DNA from: an uncultured Gemmatimonadales bacterium
GTDB lineage: Bacteria > Gemmatimonadota > Gemmatimonadetes > Longimicrobiales > RSA9
Assembly (NCBI GenBank): GCA_963798845.1
Contig: CAWCUS010000001.1
Span: 1-64,000 of the forward strand
Direction: 5' to 3'
DNA length: 64,000 bases
Part shown: positions 1 through 8,909 of the stretch, in pieces
Layout of the letters: every line of letters starts with the position of its first letter
Position numbering within the stretch: the stretch's first letter is position 1
Position numbers and translations under genes: made by a program
The notes under the pieces: generated by a model
What the model was told of the DNA's origin: nothing
Database searches by the model: none
The model's input: only the letters and a program-made list of their open reading frames with translations

Positions 1-73
1 CGAGGGTCAGAATTACGCCAATGCGAACACCCGCGGTGATTGGCGACCGTGCGCGCCTCAGGTACATTTCCAT
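1..73 (-). CDS. Partial CDS (5' end only); probable curli secretion channel CsgG by position
   Basis: ATG at 73-71 preceded by GAGGAG just after the csgF stop. It reads MEMYLRRARSPITAGVRIGVILTL..., which is signal-peptide-like, and runs off the window. Identity is inferred only from the csgE-csgF-csgG order. Confidence 0.45.
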   Translation of the reverse strand, partial: MEMYLRRARSPITAGVRIGVILTL

Positions 74-87
74 GCTACGGGCGCTCC

Positions 88-522
88 TCAAAATCCCGGA
101 ATTGCGATCGATGTCTGTTCACCGGTGAGTATATTGGTGACCACAATGCTCACCCCGTTCAACCCCGGGACCACCTCCACTGTGTAATTTCCAAGTTCGT
201 ATCGGCCAGGCTGCGTCAAATCCAGATTGTCGCCGATCTGGGCCAACACGATTTCACGGGACAGAGCCGACAATATCTGCCTCTGCAATCCCTGTTGGAA
301 ATCGGCCAATGGGTCTTGATCGAGGAGGGAGAAATCGGGAGCCCGCTTTTGTGCTTGAGCATTGCCAAGCAACCATTGTCCATTCAGCGGGTTTCCGCCG
401 AACGCAGGATCAATGGGATGGTACACCAACTGCTGAGCATACGTAGGCTTTGCCTTCAAACCGAGAAGTAAGGCGCTTAGCAACGCGATTTCGAACAAGC
501 ATGCGATCGGACGTCCAGTCAT
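88..522 (-). CDS. csgF: Curli assembly protein CsgF
   Basis: Signal peptide followed by QQLVYHPIDPAFGGNPLNGQWLLGNAQAQ, the CsgF N-terminal signature. C-terminus is ...VTNILTGEQTSIAIP. Start at 522 has a GAGGGG RBS. Confidence 0.9.
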   Translation of the reverse strand: MTGRPIACLFEIALLSALLLGLKAKPTYAQQLVYHPIDPAFGGNPLNGQWLLGNAQAQKRAPDFSLLDQDPLADFQQGLQRQILSALSREIVLAQIGDNLDLTQPGRYELGNYTVEVVPGLNGVSIVVTNILTGEQTSIAIPGF

Positions 523-583
523 TATCCCCTCATCTACTGCCATTTAGGGCGCTTGAGATACAACACCGCGGGTGGTATTTTTA

Positions 584-1111
584 TCAAAATTGGCTCTGGG
601 CCCCGGCAGCCGCGGACATCGTATTTGGTCGGCGGGCCGTCAGCTCTCGCATTACGTATGCGGCTGCGCGCTTTGCAAGGTCTTCCACAACCTCGTATCG
701 GGGTTGAATTTGTAGCTGAAGAAGCACTTCATCATTTAGTTGAACCAACACTCGCGTCCCAATGCCCGGTGAAAGCTGTTCCTGCACACGTACTGTGTAG
801 TTCGCGGCAGCCGGGGGCGGTGCCCACGCTGAAAAAAACACATCGTAGAAGTCCCGCCCGGCTTTTGTGACGGTCTCATCGACAACGAGCCCGTCGATCT
901 GCCGGAGAGACTCTCGTTCAACTTGTGACGGCGACATCCCGGGACTGTGGACGTGCACGGGGCGCAACCCCCCAAGCGTTCGGGCCAAATCGCCGAACGA
1001 GAACCCGGCCGGAAGCGTGGTGACGGTGGTTGAATCGATAGTGTCGCCAACAGTTTGAATTTGCGCGGCCGTCCCTGCCGCACCCAAGACGAATGCCACG
1101 CAACACAGCAT
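584..1111 (-). CDS. csgE: Curli production assembly/transport protein CsgE
   Basis: IDGLVVDETVTKAGRDFYDVFFSAW...NYTVRVQEQLSPGIGTRVLVQLND matches CsgE. It lies directly upstream of csgF. Start is uncertain (frame open to 1276). Confidence 0.85.
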   Translation of the reverse strand: MLCCVAFVLGAAGTAAQIQTVGDTIDSTTVTTLPAGFSFGDLARTLGGLRPVHVHSPGMSPSQVERESLRQIDGLVVDETVTKAGRDFYDVFFSAWAPPPAAANYTVRVQEQLSPGIGTRVLVQLNDEVLLQLQIQPRYEVVEDLAKRAAAYVMRELTARRPNTMSAAAGAQSQF

Positions 1112-1295
1112 CGGCGCCCTTCCGAATCCGGTACTTGACAGAATTGCGCCAGAAATGACACGCCGAGCGAATGTACAAAGTGTGCCTGCCACTGGCCCTC
1201 CCGCTGCGTCAATGCCGTCCATTACGTGAAGTAGGACGTTCCATGGCAACCGCTGTAGCGTGGGGTGCTGCAGCACCCCACGCTACATTGGACGA

Positions 1296-1946
1296 CTAGT
1301 TGTTGCTCTGCGTGATCGTGCCCGTGTTGTGCGTGCCGTTCTGCATGATTGTGGCGACGCTGTTCGAGGCGATCAGGTATGTCCCGATGCTGAGCCCCTG
1401 GTTAATCGTCGCAATGTTGTAGTCACCGATCTGATCAACCGTGGCAGAGTTGTTGTCAGACACGCCGTTCAGGCCGACGCCCTGCGATACCGTTGCGTCG
1501 TTGTGGTTGCCCGTCTGGGTAATGGTGTAGTCGCTGTCCTCAGAGTAGCCACCGTAGTTGCCCTGGCCGGGGCTCGCGAGGTTGTAGTCGCCCTGCTGTG
1601 TGATGGTCGCTTCGTTCCGATAGGCCTGGGCCGTCGCGGGGAAACCGAGGCCCTGCCCGATGTACGCGATGTTCCCCCGGCCGTTCTGGGTCATCGTGCC
1701 CTTGTTGTTGGCCGCGACGCCCTCACCTTCTGCTTGCCCTGGGGTGCCCCACTTGGTGTGGTTGCCGTAAACCAGATAGCCCTGGCCCACGTAACCAGCG
1801 TTGTAGAAACCTGTCTGGGTGATGGTCGCCTCGTTGGTCGAGCCGTCGTATACCGTGTTGCCCTGGTAAATGGCGGCCTCGTTGCTCTGCGCGAACACCG
1901 GGGTGGCACACAGCCCGAAGGCTGCGATAAGAAGGAACTTCCTCAT
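1296..1946 (-). CDS. Curlin-repeat secreted amyloid subunit (CsgA/CsgB-like), 216 aa
   Basis: GAGGAG RBS and Sec signal MRKFLLIAAFGLCATPVFA. About 6.5 repeats of N-x-A-T-I-T-Q-x-G-x-x-N-x-A-x-I-x-Q-G. Adjacent to csgE and csgF. Confidence 0.85.
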   Translation of the reverse strand: MRKFLLIAAFGLCATPVFAQSNEAAIYQGNTVYDGSTNEATITQTGFYNAGYVGQGYLVYGNHTKWGTPGQAEGEGVAANNKGTMTQNGRGNIAYIGQGLGFPATAQAYRNEATITQQGDYNLASPGQGNYGGYSEDSDYTITQTGNHNDATVSQGVGLNGVSDNNSATVDQIGDYNIATINQGLSIGTYLIASNSVATIMQNGTHNTGTITQSNN

Positions 1947-2075
1947 GGTGTGGTGTCTCCTCACGAAAAAGTGGGTTGCCGTTTCTCGGCAGTGACCCTT
2001 CTTCGGCGACCGGACGATCTCGTGTGCACGAGTCTGCAGCCTCGCCATGAGATTCCTGGCTTTGCGGACCGGCTT

Positions 2076-2091
2076 CGCAGCCGGGGTGCCT
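2076..2091 (-). promoter_or_regulatory. Candidate sigma54 (-24/-12) promoter of the curli operon
   Basis: Minus strand AGGCACCCCGGCTGCG is GG-N10-GC with a GGCAC -24 element, about 130 nt upstream of the curlin ATG. Confidence 0.5.
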
Positions 2092-2345
2092 TTTTCGGAA
2101 GAGAGACTTGTTGCGCACTTCCGTGCGCTCGAGTCGGCACGACACCGGAGATCCCGGCCGGTGGCTCGCGCCGTCGGGCCACTCCTACTCCACGTTCCGT
2201 TCCGGCGGTCTACGGAGCGTCAAAGGCGCGTCAAATCGCTGGGAGACAATACGTTGAGGATCGGTCGGACCGCGGCGGATCACGTCCGGCCGGCACGATT
2301 CCGGGCACCCGGACGCGTTTCGTTACAACGGCCGGCCCCGGGCCT

Positions 2346-3722
2346 TCAGTCCCCCATCTCCGCCACGTCGATGTCGTACTTCCGGATCAGGCGGTCGAGA
2401 CGGGGTCGTGAGATCTCGAGGATGCGGGCGGCCTGGCGCTTGTTGCCGCCGGTGCGCTCGAGGGCGGCGAGGAGCTGGCGGCGCTCGGCGTCGTCGAGGG
2501 TGGCGGTGGAGAGGGAGTCCGCGGCCTCGAGGACGCCGCCCCCGCCCCTGCCGATCCCCAGGTGCTCGACGCGCAGCGCGGTGCCCTGGGCGAGGACGGC
2601 GGCGCGGGCGATGGCGTTCTCGAGCTCGCGCACGTTGCCGGGCCAGTCGTGCTCGCGGAGTGCGCGCATGACGTCGGGCGGGATGACTTTCCCGGGGAGG
2701 CCGAGGGAGCGGATGGCGCGGGTGAGGAAGTGGTCGGCGAGGGCCGGGATGTCGCCCGGGCGGTCGCGCAGCGGCGGGACGTGGATCTCGACCACGCGGA
2801 GCCGGTAGTAGAGGTCTTCGCGGAACGAGCCGTCGCGGACCATGGCCTCGACGGGGCGGTGCGTGGCGGCGATGACGCGGGCCAGGGCCTGACGCGGCTG
2901 CTCGCTTCCGACGGGGTAGAACTCCTTCTCCTGGAGGACACGCAGGAGCTTGGCCTGGAAGGAGGGGGCGGTGTCGCCGATCTCGTCGAGGAAAATGGTC
3001 CCGTGCCCCGCCAGCTCGAAGCGCCCCTTCCGGTCCGACACCGCGCCGGTGAACGACCCCCTCACGTGGCCGAACAGCTCGCTCTCCAGCAGCTGGTCGG
3101 GAACGGAAGTGCAGTTCACGGCGACGAACGGCTCCGCGGCGTGACCGGAATGCTCGTGGATGGCCCGGGCGACGACCTCCTTCCCCGTCCCGGTCTCCCC
3201 CCGGATCAGCACCGGCGCGGCCGTGCCCGCCACCCGGCCGATGGTCTTGTAGATCTCCAGCATGGCCCGCTCGCGGCCGATGATGCGGCTCCCCGCCGGC
3301 CGCCCGCCCCCGGCGTCCTCGCCCCCGGCGTCCTCTCCCTCGACCCCCGCGCGGGCCCGGCGGTCGGCGAAGCAGCGCGCCAGGAGCGCGGCCAGCTCCT
3401 CCGGGTCCAGCGGCTTGGCCAGGTAGTCGTACGCGCCGGCCCGGATCGCCTCCACGGCCGTCTCCATCTCGTCCTTCCCCGTCACCACCACCACGTCCAC
3501 GTCCGCGTCCGACGCCTTCAGCCGGGCCAGCAGCTCCAGCCCGTTCATCCCGGCCATGTACAGGTCCGTCACCACGATCTCCGGACGGAACTCGGCGACC
3601 ACGCTGAACGCCTGCTCCGCGCTCGCCGCGGTCCGAACCGCGTACCCCTCGCCGTCCAGCCAGAAGTCCAGCGTTTCCCGGACGTCCGCGTCGTCATCCA
3701 CCACCAGGACCTTCCGCTCCAT
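2346..3722 (-). CDS. Sigma54-dependent response regulator (NtrC/AtoC family: REC-AAA+-Fis HTH)
   Basis: Receiver domain (VVDDD...VTDLY...KP), Walker A GETGTGKE, ELFGHVRGSFTGA, FLDEIG, FREDLYYRL, WPGNVRELEN and a C-terminal HTH (GGNKRQAARILEISR). GGAGG RBS before ATG 3722. Confidence 0.93.
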   Translation of the reverse strand: MERKVLVVDDDADVRETLDFWLDGEGYAVRTAASAEQAFSVVAEFRPEIVVTDLYMAGMNGLELLARLKASDADVDVVVVTGKDEMETAVEAIRAGAYDYLAKPLDPEELAALLARCFADRRARAGVEGEDAGGEDAGGGRPAGSRIIGRERAMLEIYKTIGRVAGTAAPVLIRGETGTGKEVVARAIHEHSGHAAEPFVAVNCTSVPDQLLESELFGHVRGSFTGAVSDRKGRFELAGHGTIFLDEIGDTAPSFQAKLLRVLQEKEFYPVGSEQPRQALARVIAATHRPVEAMVRDGSFREDLYYRLRVVEIHVPPLRDRPGDIPALADHFLTRAIRSLGLPGKVIPPDVMRALREHDWPGNVRELENAIARAAVLAQGTALRVEHLGIGRGGGGVLEAADSLSTATLDDAERRQLLAALERTGGNKRQAARILEISRPRLDRLIRKYDIDVAEMGD

Positions 3723-3940
3723 CGCCACAGCGCCTCCGGACATGCGGGAAGAGAATGGGTCACGCGCGCTCGCGACTTTCATAACACCGGGTACCAGTAT
3801 ATCTTGCGTCGCGCAACTTCGGCTGCTCCGCAACGCCCGCTTCCGGCCGACCAACGGCCGGATCCGAATCCTCTCGGGCGCGGGAGCGCCAGGCCCCTGC
3901 CGTTCATGCCGGCGCAGGCGCGTCGGCGGCAACACGATCC

Positions 3941-6412
3941 ATGGCTCGCGAAGAAATCAGAGAAGCGACAAGCGGCGTCCGCTACCGCCTCGGCCGAGCC
4001 GGGCGTCTGATCGGCGCACGCGCGGTGGCGCTGGTGGAGCGCGGCGCGGCGGACGACGTGGCGGTGCGGGTGTCGTGGGAGCTGTCGGAGGAGGACGCCG
4101 CGTCCCTCGGCCGGTCGGTGGGCTGGCTGGACGAGGCGCTGGCGGCGAACCGGCCGCTGGTCCGGTTCGACAACCAGCGCGACGCGTCGGAGATCGCCAT
4201 CGCTCCGCTGCGCGGACGGACGCTGGTGTGGGCGCGCATCCACCCGCCTGCGCTGCTGACGGACGATCACCTGGAGTTGCTGCGGGAGCTGGCGGACGCG
4301 GCCTGGGAGATCGACCGGCTGGAGCGGAACGGCGGCCCTGCGTCGCCCGCCTCCGCGGGCGCCTCGCCCGAGAGTGCCAGCGGAGCCGGGGCGGAACGGG
4401 CGACGGGGTGCCCGGAGGAGTTCGCGTCGGCGCTGGCGGGGCCGGTGCTTGCCGACCGCTCGACGCTGGGGACGTACCTGATCCAGGACGGGCGCCTGCT
4501 GCACGTGAACGCGACGATCGCCAGGCGTCTGGGCTACGAGCCGAAAGCGCTGATCGGCCGGGACGCGCTGCACGTGGTGCACCCCGCGGACCGCTCGCAC
4601 GTGCTTCGCCAGATGGAGGATCGGCTGAGCGGGCGAGCGGACCGGGTGATCTACACGTTCCGGGCGCTGTCGGCTGCGGGGGAGGTGGTGCACCTGGAAG
4701 CGCACGGAGCGGCGCTGGAAGTGCGCGGCCGCCCGGCGCTGGGCGGTGTGCTGGTGGACGTGAGCAGCCGGACCCGGGCGCTGGAAGCGCTGCAGGCGTC
4801 GGAGTCGCGCTTCGCCCGGATCATCGCGCTGTCGCGGGACGCCACGCTCCACCTGGACCCGGACGGGACCGTGGTGCTGTTCAACGACGCGGCGGAGTCA
4901 CTGTTCGGGCAGTCCGCGCGCGACATCCTGGGGCGAACGCTGGATGAGCTCTCGCCGGATGTGGCGGCGGTGGTGTCGTGCGGAGCCGAGGACGAGCCGG
5001 GTGTGCCGCGCTCGGCGCGAGTGCGGCGGCAGGACGGAACGACGTTCTGGGCCGAGGTATGGGCGGCGGGTGGCGGCGCCGGCAGCGAGGACGGCGGTCT
5101 GCGGACCGTGATGGTGCGGGACGTGACGGAGCAGCGGCACCACGAGCAGGCGCGCGACCGGCTGCTGCGGCTGGAGCGGGACGAGCGCTACCGGGCCGAA
5201 GTGGCGCACATGCGCGCCGCGTTCCTGGACGACTTCACGGGCGACCTGACCACCGTGGCCCCGGAGGCGGGAGCGATCGTGGAGCGGCTGGCGCAGCTCG
5301 CGGTCCCCGTGGCGGGCGACTACGCGGTCGCCTACCGGCTGCGCGACGACGCCTCGCCCGCGGTCGCGGCGGCGGCGACCATATCGGCCACGCGCGACGC
5401 CGTCCTGTCCGACCCGGTGGAGCCGCCGGCGCTGGACTGGCGGGACCATCCCGGCGGCTGGCTGTGCACGGCCGATCCGGACGACGACGTTCCCGGCGAG
5501 GTCCGCGCCTTCTTCGAGCACCACGCGCGACAGCACGAAGCCCGGGCCCTCCAGCTCCTCCCACTCGGCGACGGGGAACGCACGGTGGGCCTACTGGTGC
5601 TGGCACACACCTTCCACATGGCCGCGTCGGAGCTCCCGGCCACCGCGCTGCTGGGGCGCGACCTCGCGGCGCGCGCGTCCATGGCGCTGGCCCACGCCCG
5701 GTTGTACCAGAACGCGCGAACGGCGGCCGGCCTGCGCGACCAGGTGCTGGCCGTGGTCTCCCACGATCTGCGGAACCCGTTGAACGTCATCGCGTTCACC
5801 ACGGATTCCCTGCTCCGCCACTGGCCCTCGGATCCGGCGGAGATGGGGGCCGTGCGGCGGCAGGTGGGGGTGATGCGTCGCTCGGCCGAGCGGGCCAGGC
5901 GCCTGGTTCGCGACCTCCTCGACTTCGCCCAGATCGAGGCGGGGACCCTCGCCGTCGACGCCGTCCGCTGCGACACCGGGGCTCTCCTGCGCGAGGCGCT
6001 CGAGACCCACCGGCCGCTGGCCGCCGACCGTGCGCTCCGCCTCGAGCTCCTCGCCCCCGACCCCCTCCCCGCCATCCTCGCCGACCCGGAGCGCGTGCTC
6101 CAGGTCCTGGGCAACCTGCTGGACAACGCCATCCGCCACACCCCGCCCGAGCGCGCCGTCCGCATCCGGGCCGGGGCCGAGGACCAGGCCGTGCGGATCG
6201 ACGTCGCAGACGAGGGCCCCGGCGTGGCCTCGGACGACCGGGAACGGATCTTCGACCGCTTCTCCCGCGGCCGCGGCGGAAGCAAGGTCGGCGCCGGCCT
6301 CGGCCTCGCCATAGCCCGCGGCATCGTCGAAGCCCACAGCGGCGCCATCGCCGTGACCAGCCCCGAAGGTGCCGGCGCCACCTTCTCCTTCACCCTCCCC
6401 CTCGCCGACTGA
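3941..6412 (+). CDS. Cytoplasmic PAS-PAS-GAF sensor histidine kinase
   Basis: PAS motifs (VHPADR; FNDAAESLFG...VRDVTE), GAF-like segment, H-box SHDLRNPL, N-box NLLDNA, DEGPG and GAGLGL. No transmembrane helices. Divergent from the response regulator. Confidence 0.9.
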   Translation: MAREEIREATSGVRYRLGRAGRLIGARAVALVERGAADDVAVRVSWELSEEDAASLGRSVGWLDEALAANRPLVRFDNQRDASEIAIAPLRGRTLVWARIHPPALLTDDHLELLRELADAAWEIDRLERNGGPASPASAGASPESASGAGAERATGCPEEFASALAGPVLADRSTLGTYLIQDGRLLHVNATIARRLGYEPKALIGRDALHVVHPADRSHVLRQMEDRLSGRADRVIYTFRALSAAGEVVHLEAHGAALEVRGRPALGGVLVDVSSRTRALEALQASESRFARIIALSRDATLHLDPDGTVVLFNDAAESLFGQSARDILGRTLDELSPDVAAVVSCGAEDEPGVPRSARVRRQDGTTFWAEVWAAGGGAGSEDGGLRTVMVRDVTEQRHHEQARDRLLRLERDERYRAEVAHMRAAFLDDFTGDLTTVAPEAGAIVERLAQLAVPVAGDYAVAYRLRDDASPAVAAAATISATRDAVLSDPVEPPALDWRDHPGGWLCTADPDDDVPGEVRAFFEHHARQHEARALQLLPLGDGERTVGLLVLAHTFHMAASELPATALLGRDLAARASMALAHARLYQNARTAAGLRDQVLAVVSHDLRNPLNVIAFTTDSLLRHWPSDPAEMGAVRRQVGVMRRSAERARRLVRDLLDFAQIEAGTLAVDAVRCDTGALLREALETHRPLAADRALRLELLAPDPLPAILADPERVLQVLGNLLDNAIRHTPPERAVRIRAGAEDQAVRIDVADEGPGVASDDRERIFDRFSRGRGGSKVGAGLGLAIARGIVEAHSGAIAVTSPEGAGATFSFTLPLAD

Positions 6413-6439
6413 CCCCCCGCCCGCCTCCGGCCGCGCCCC

Positions 6440-6695
6440 GCCCCCCTGCGAGGCCGCAGGCCAAGCCCCCCTGCGAGGCCGCAGGCCAAGCCCCCCTGCG
6501 AGGCCGTCAGGCCGAGCCCCCCTGCGAGGCCGCAGGCCGAGCCCCTCTGCGAGGCCGCAGGCCGAGCCCCTCTGCGAGGCCGTCAGGCCGAGCCCCTCTG
6601 CGAGGCCGTCAGGCCGAGCCCCTCTGCGAGGCCGTCAGGCCGAGCCCCTCTGCGAGGCCGTCAGGCCGAGCCCCTCTGCGCCGCGAAGCGGCGCC
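6440..6695. repeat. Tandem array of 9 full (plus 1 partial) 25/26-bp palindromic units, REP-like
   Basis: Unit GCCCC(C/T)CTGCGAGGCCG(T)CAGGCC(A/G)A starts at 6440, 6465, 6490, 6516, 6541, 6566, 6592, 6618 and 6644. The array ends in a GCCGCGAAGCGGC hairpin and lies between convergent genes. Confidence 0.9.
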
Positions 6696-6698
6696 CCC

Positions 6699-8645
6699 CT
6701 AAATCTCGATCTGCGCCCCGATCTCGACCACCCGGTTCGGCGGCAGCCTGAAGAACGACGTGGCGCCGCGCGAGTTCCGGCTCATGAGGACGAACAGCTT
6801 CTCCCGCCAGAACGCCATCCCCTTCACGTTCCTGGAGGCGATCAGGTTTTCACGGCCGAGGAAGAAGGTGGTCTCCATGGGCTTGAGGTTGAGCCCATCG
6901 GCGCCGTGGAGCATGGCCAGGGCGCGCGGGATGTTCACATCCTCCATGAAGCCGTAGTGCAGCACCACCGTGTAGAACCCGGCGGCGCGCGCCTCGACCG
7001 TGCACCGCTCGTCGCGCGGAACCCGGGGGGTCTCCTCGGTGACGACGGCGAGGCAAACGACCTGGTCGTGGAGCGCCTTGTTGTGCTTCAGGTTGTGGAG
7101 CAGAGCCCGGGGCGTGGCGTCCGGGTCGCCGAACATGAACACGGCGGTGCCGGGCACCCGGTACGGCGGGTGGTCCTCTATGCTGCGGAGGAAGTCGTCC
7201 AGCGGCAGCTCGTTCCGCTTCATCCGCTGCGCCAGGAGTGAGCGGCCGCGCTTCCAGGTGGTCATGAGCGTGAACACGGCCCCGGCCACCAGGAGCGGGA
7301 ACCAGCCGCCGGCGGGGATCTTGGTGAGGTTGGCGCCGAAGAACGAGAGGTCGATGGCCATGAAGAAGGCCGCCAGCCCGAGCGCCGCGGGGAGCGGCCA
7401 GTTCCAGCGCTCGCGGGCGAGCACGTAGAACAGGATGGTGGTGATCACCATGGTGGTGGTCACCGCCACGCCGTAGGCGGCGGCCAGGTTGCTCGAGCTG
7501 CCGAATCCGATGACGAGCCCGATGCACGCCACCATGAGCGCCCAGTTCACGGCCGGGACGTAGATCTGCCCGATCTCCGTCTCGGACGTGTGCTCGATGT
7601 CGAGGCGGGGCATGTAGCCGAACTGCACGGACTGCATGGCGAGCGAGAAGGAGCCGGAGATCACGGCCTGCGAGGCGATCACGGTGGCCGCGGTCGCCAT
7701 GAGCACGAGCGGGTAGAGCGCCCAGTCGGGCCCCATGCGGTAGAACGGGTTCTCGATGGCGCCCGGGTGGCGCATGAGGAGCGCGCCCTGGCCGAAGTAG
7801 TTGAGCAGGAGGGCCGGCAGGACGAGGGCGAACCAGGTGAGGCGGATCGGCCGTCGTCCGAAGTGGCCCATGTCCGCATAGAGCGCCTCGCCGCCCGTGA
7901 CCACCAGGAACACGCTCCCGAGCACCAGGATGCCGCGCACGCCATTGGCCACGAAGAAGGAAGCCGCGTGCAGCGGGCTGAGGGCCGCGAGCACGGAGGG
8001 CTCCTGGGCGATCTGCCAGACGCCCAGCGTCGCCAGGACCAGGAACCAGACGAGCGTCACCGGTCCGAAGACGCGGCCCACGCCCTCGGTGCCGCGGCGC
8101 TGGAAGAGGAAGAGCCCGATCAGGATGCCGATGGTGATCGGGATCACGACGGGCTCGAAGAGGGGCGTCGCGATCTGGAGCCCCTCCACCGCGGAGAGGA
8201 CGCTGATGGCGGGGGTGATCATGCCGTCGCCGTACAGGAGCGCGGCGCCGAACAGGCCGAGGAGGATGAGCGGCCACTTCCCTCCCTTCCGTCCCGCTCC
8301 CATCGGCGTGACCAGCGCGGTGAGCGCCAGGATGCCGCCTTCGCCCCGATTGTCCGCGGCGAGGATGAACACCAGGTACTTGACCGAGATGACCAGGACG
8401 AGCGCCCAGAAGATGAGCGACAGGACGCCCATGATGTTGTCGGGCGTGACGGAGAGGCCGTAGGACTCGTGGAAGCTCTCGCGCAGCGCGTACAGCGGGC
8501 TGGTGCCTATGTCGCCGTAGACCACGCCGAGCGTGGCCAGTGAGAGGACGGCGAGGCGCTTCCCGGTGGGATCCGCCGGCGGGTGGTGCCCCGCCGTCTC
8601 GCTACCCCGCCGCTCCAGGTCCTTCGCGCTGTCGTCCGTGCTCAT
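6699..8645 (-). CDS. kup: KUP/HAK/KT potassium uptake transporter
   Basis: GVVYGDIGTSPLYA, DNRGEGG, ITPAISVLSAVEG, GGEALYADMGHFG, AAAYGVAV and the C-terminal RVVEIGAQIEI. Confidence 0.95.
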   Translation of the reverse strand: MSTDDSAKDLERRGSETAGHHPPADPTGKRLAVLSLATLGVVYGDIGTSPLYALRESFHESYGLSVTPDNIMGVLSLIFWALVLVISVKYLVFILAADNRGEGGILALTALVTPMGAGRKGGKWPLILLGLFGAALLYGDGMITPAISVLSAVEGLQIATPLFEPVVIPITIGILIGLFLFQRRGTEGVGRVFGPVTLVWFLVLATLGVWQIAQEPSVLAALSPLHAASFFVANGVRGILVLGSVFLVVTGGEALYADMGHFGRRPIRLTWFALVLPALLLNYFGQGALLMRHPGAIENPFYRMGPDWALYPLVLMATAATVIASQAVISGSFSLAMQSVQFGYMPRLDIEHTSETEIGQIYVPAVNWALMVACIGLVIGFGSSSNLAAAYGVAVTTTMVITTILFYVLARERWNWPLPAALGLAAFFMAIDLSFFGANLTKIPAGGWFPLLVAGAVFTLMTTWKRGRSLLAQRMKRNELPLDDFLRSIEDHPPYRVPGTAVFMFGDPDATPRALLHNLKHNKALHDQVVCLAVVTEETPRVPRDERCTVEARAAGFYTVVLHYGFMEDVNIPRALAMLHGADGLNLKPMETTFFLGRENLIASRNVKGMAFWREKLFVLMSRNSRGATSFFRLPPNRVVEIGAQIEI

Positions 8646-8909
8646 TCGATCCGCTCTCTCCGCCCGTCCACCGCAGAGCCGCGCGAGCAATGCAACTCGC
8701 GTACGCAGCCGCCACTGAAGGTGTCGCGCGGGGCGGCGGCACCGGCGACGGCGCCGGGGAAGGCTGGCGGGCGAGGGAAGATTGCGCAACCGCGGGCGCG
8801 CGCGTGGTCGAGCCGGTGGAAGTGGACGGCGCAGCGGGAGGCGGCCGGCCGGATCGTGCCTGGCAGGTTCCGGGGTAGCGCTACGGCGGGCGGGGGCGCC
8901 GGGGTCCGC

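Noticed and set aside
6440..6695. CRISPR array
   Set aside because: The units are directly adjacent with no unique spacers, and no cas genes are in the window.
6369..7241. 290-aa ORF with repeated PLCEAVRPSPSAR motifs
   Set aside because: It is a translation of the non-triplet (25/26-bp) DNA repeat plus the antisense strand of kup.
8646..8909. c-di-AMP (ydaO) riboswitch upstream of kup
   Set aside because: Expected from context, but the conserved ydaO sequence blocks could not be found by eye. An Rfam search would settle it.
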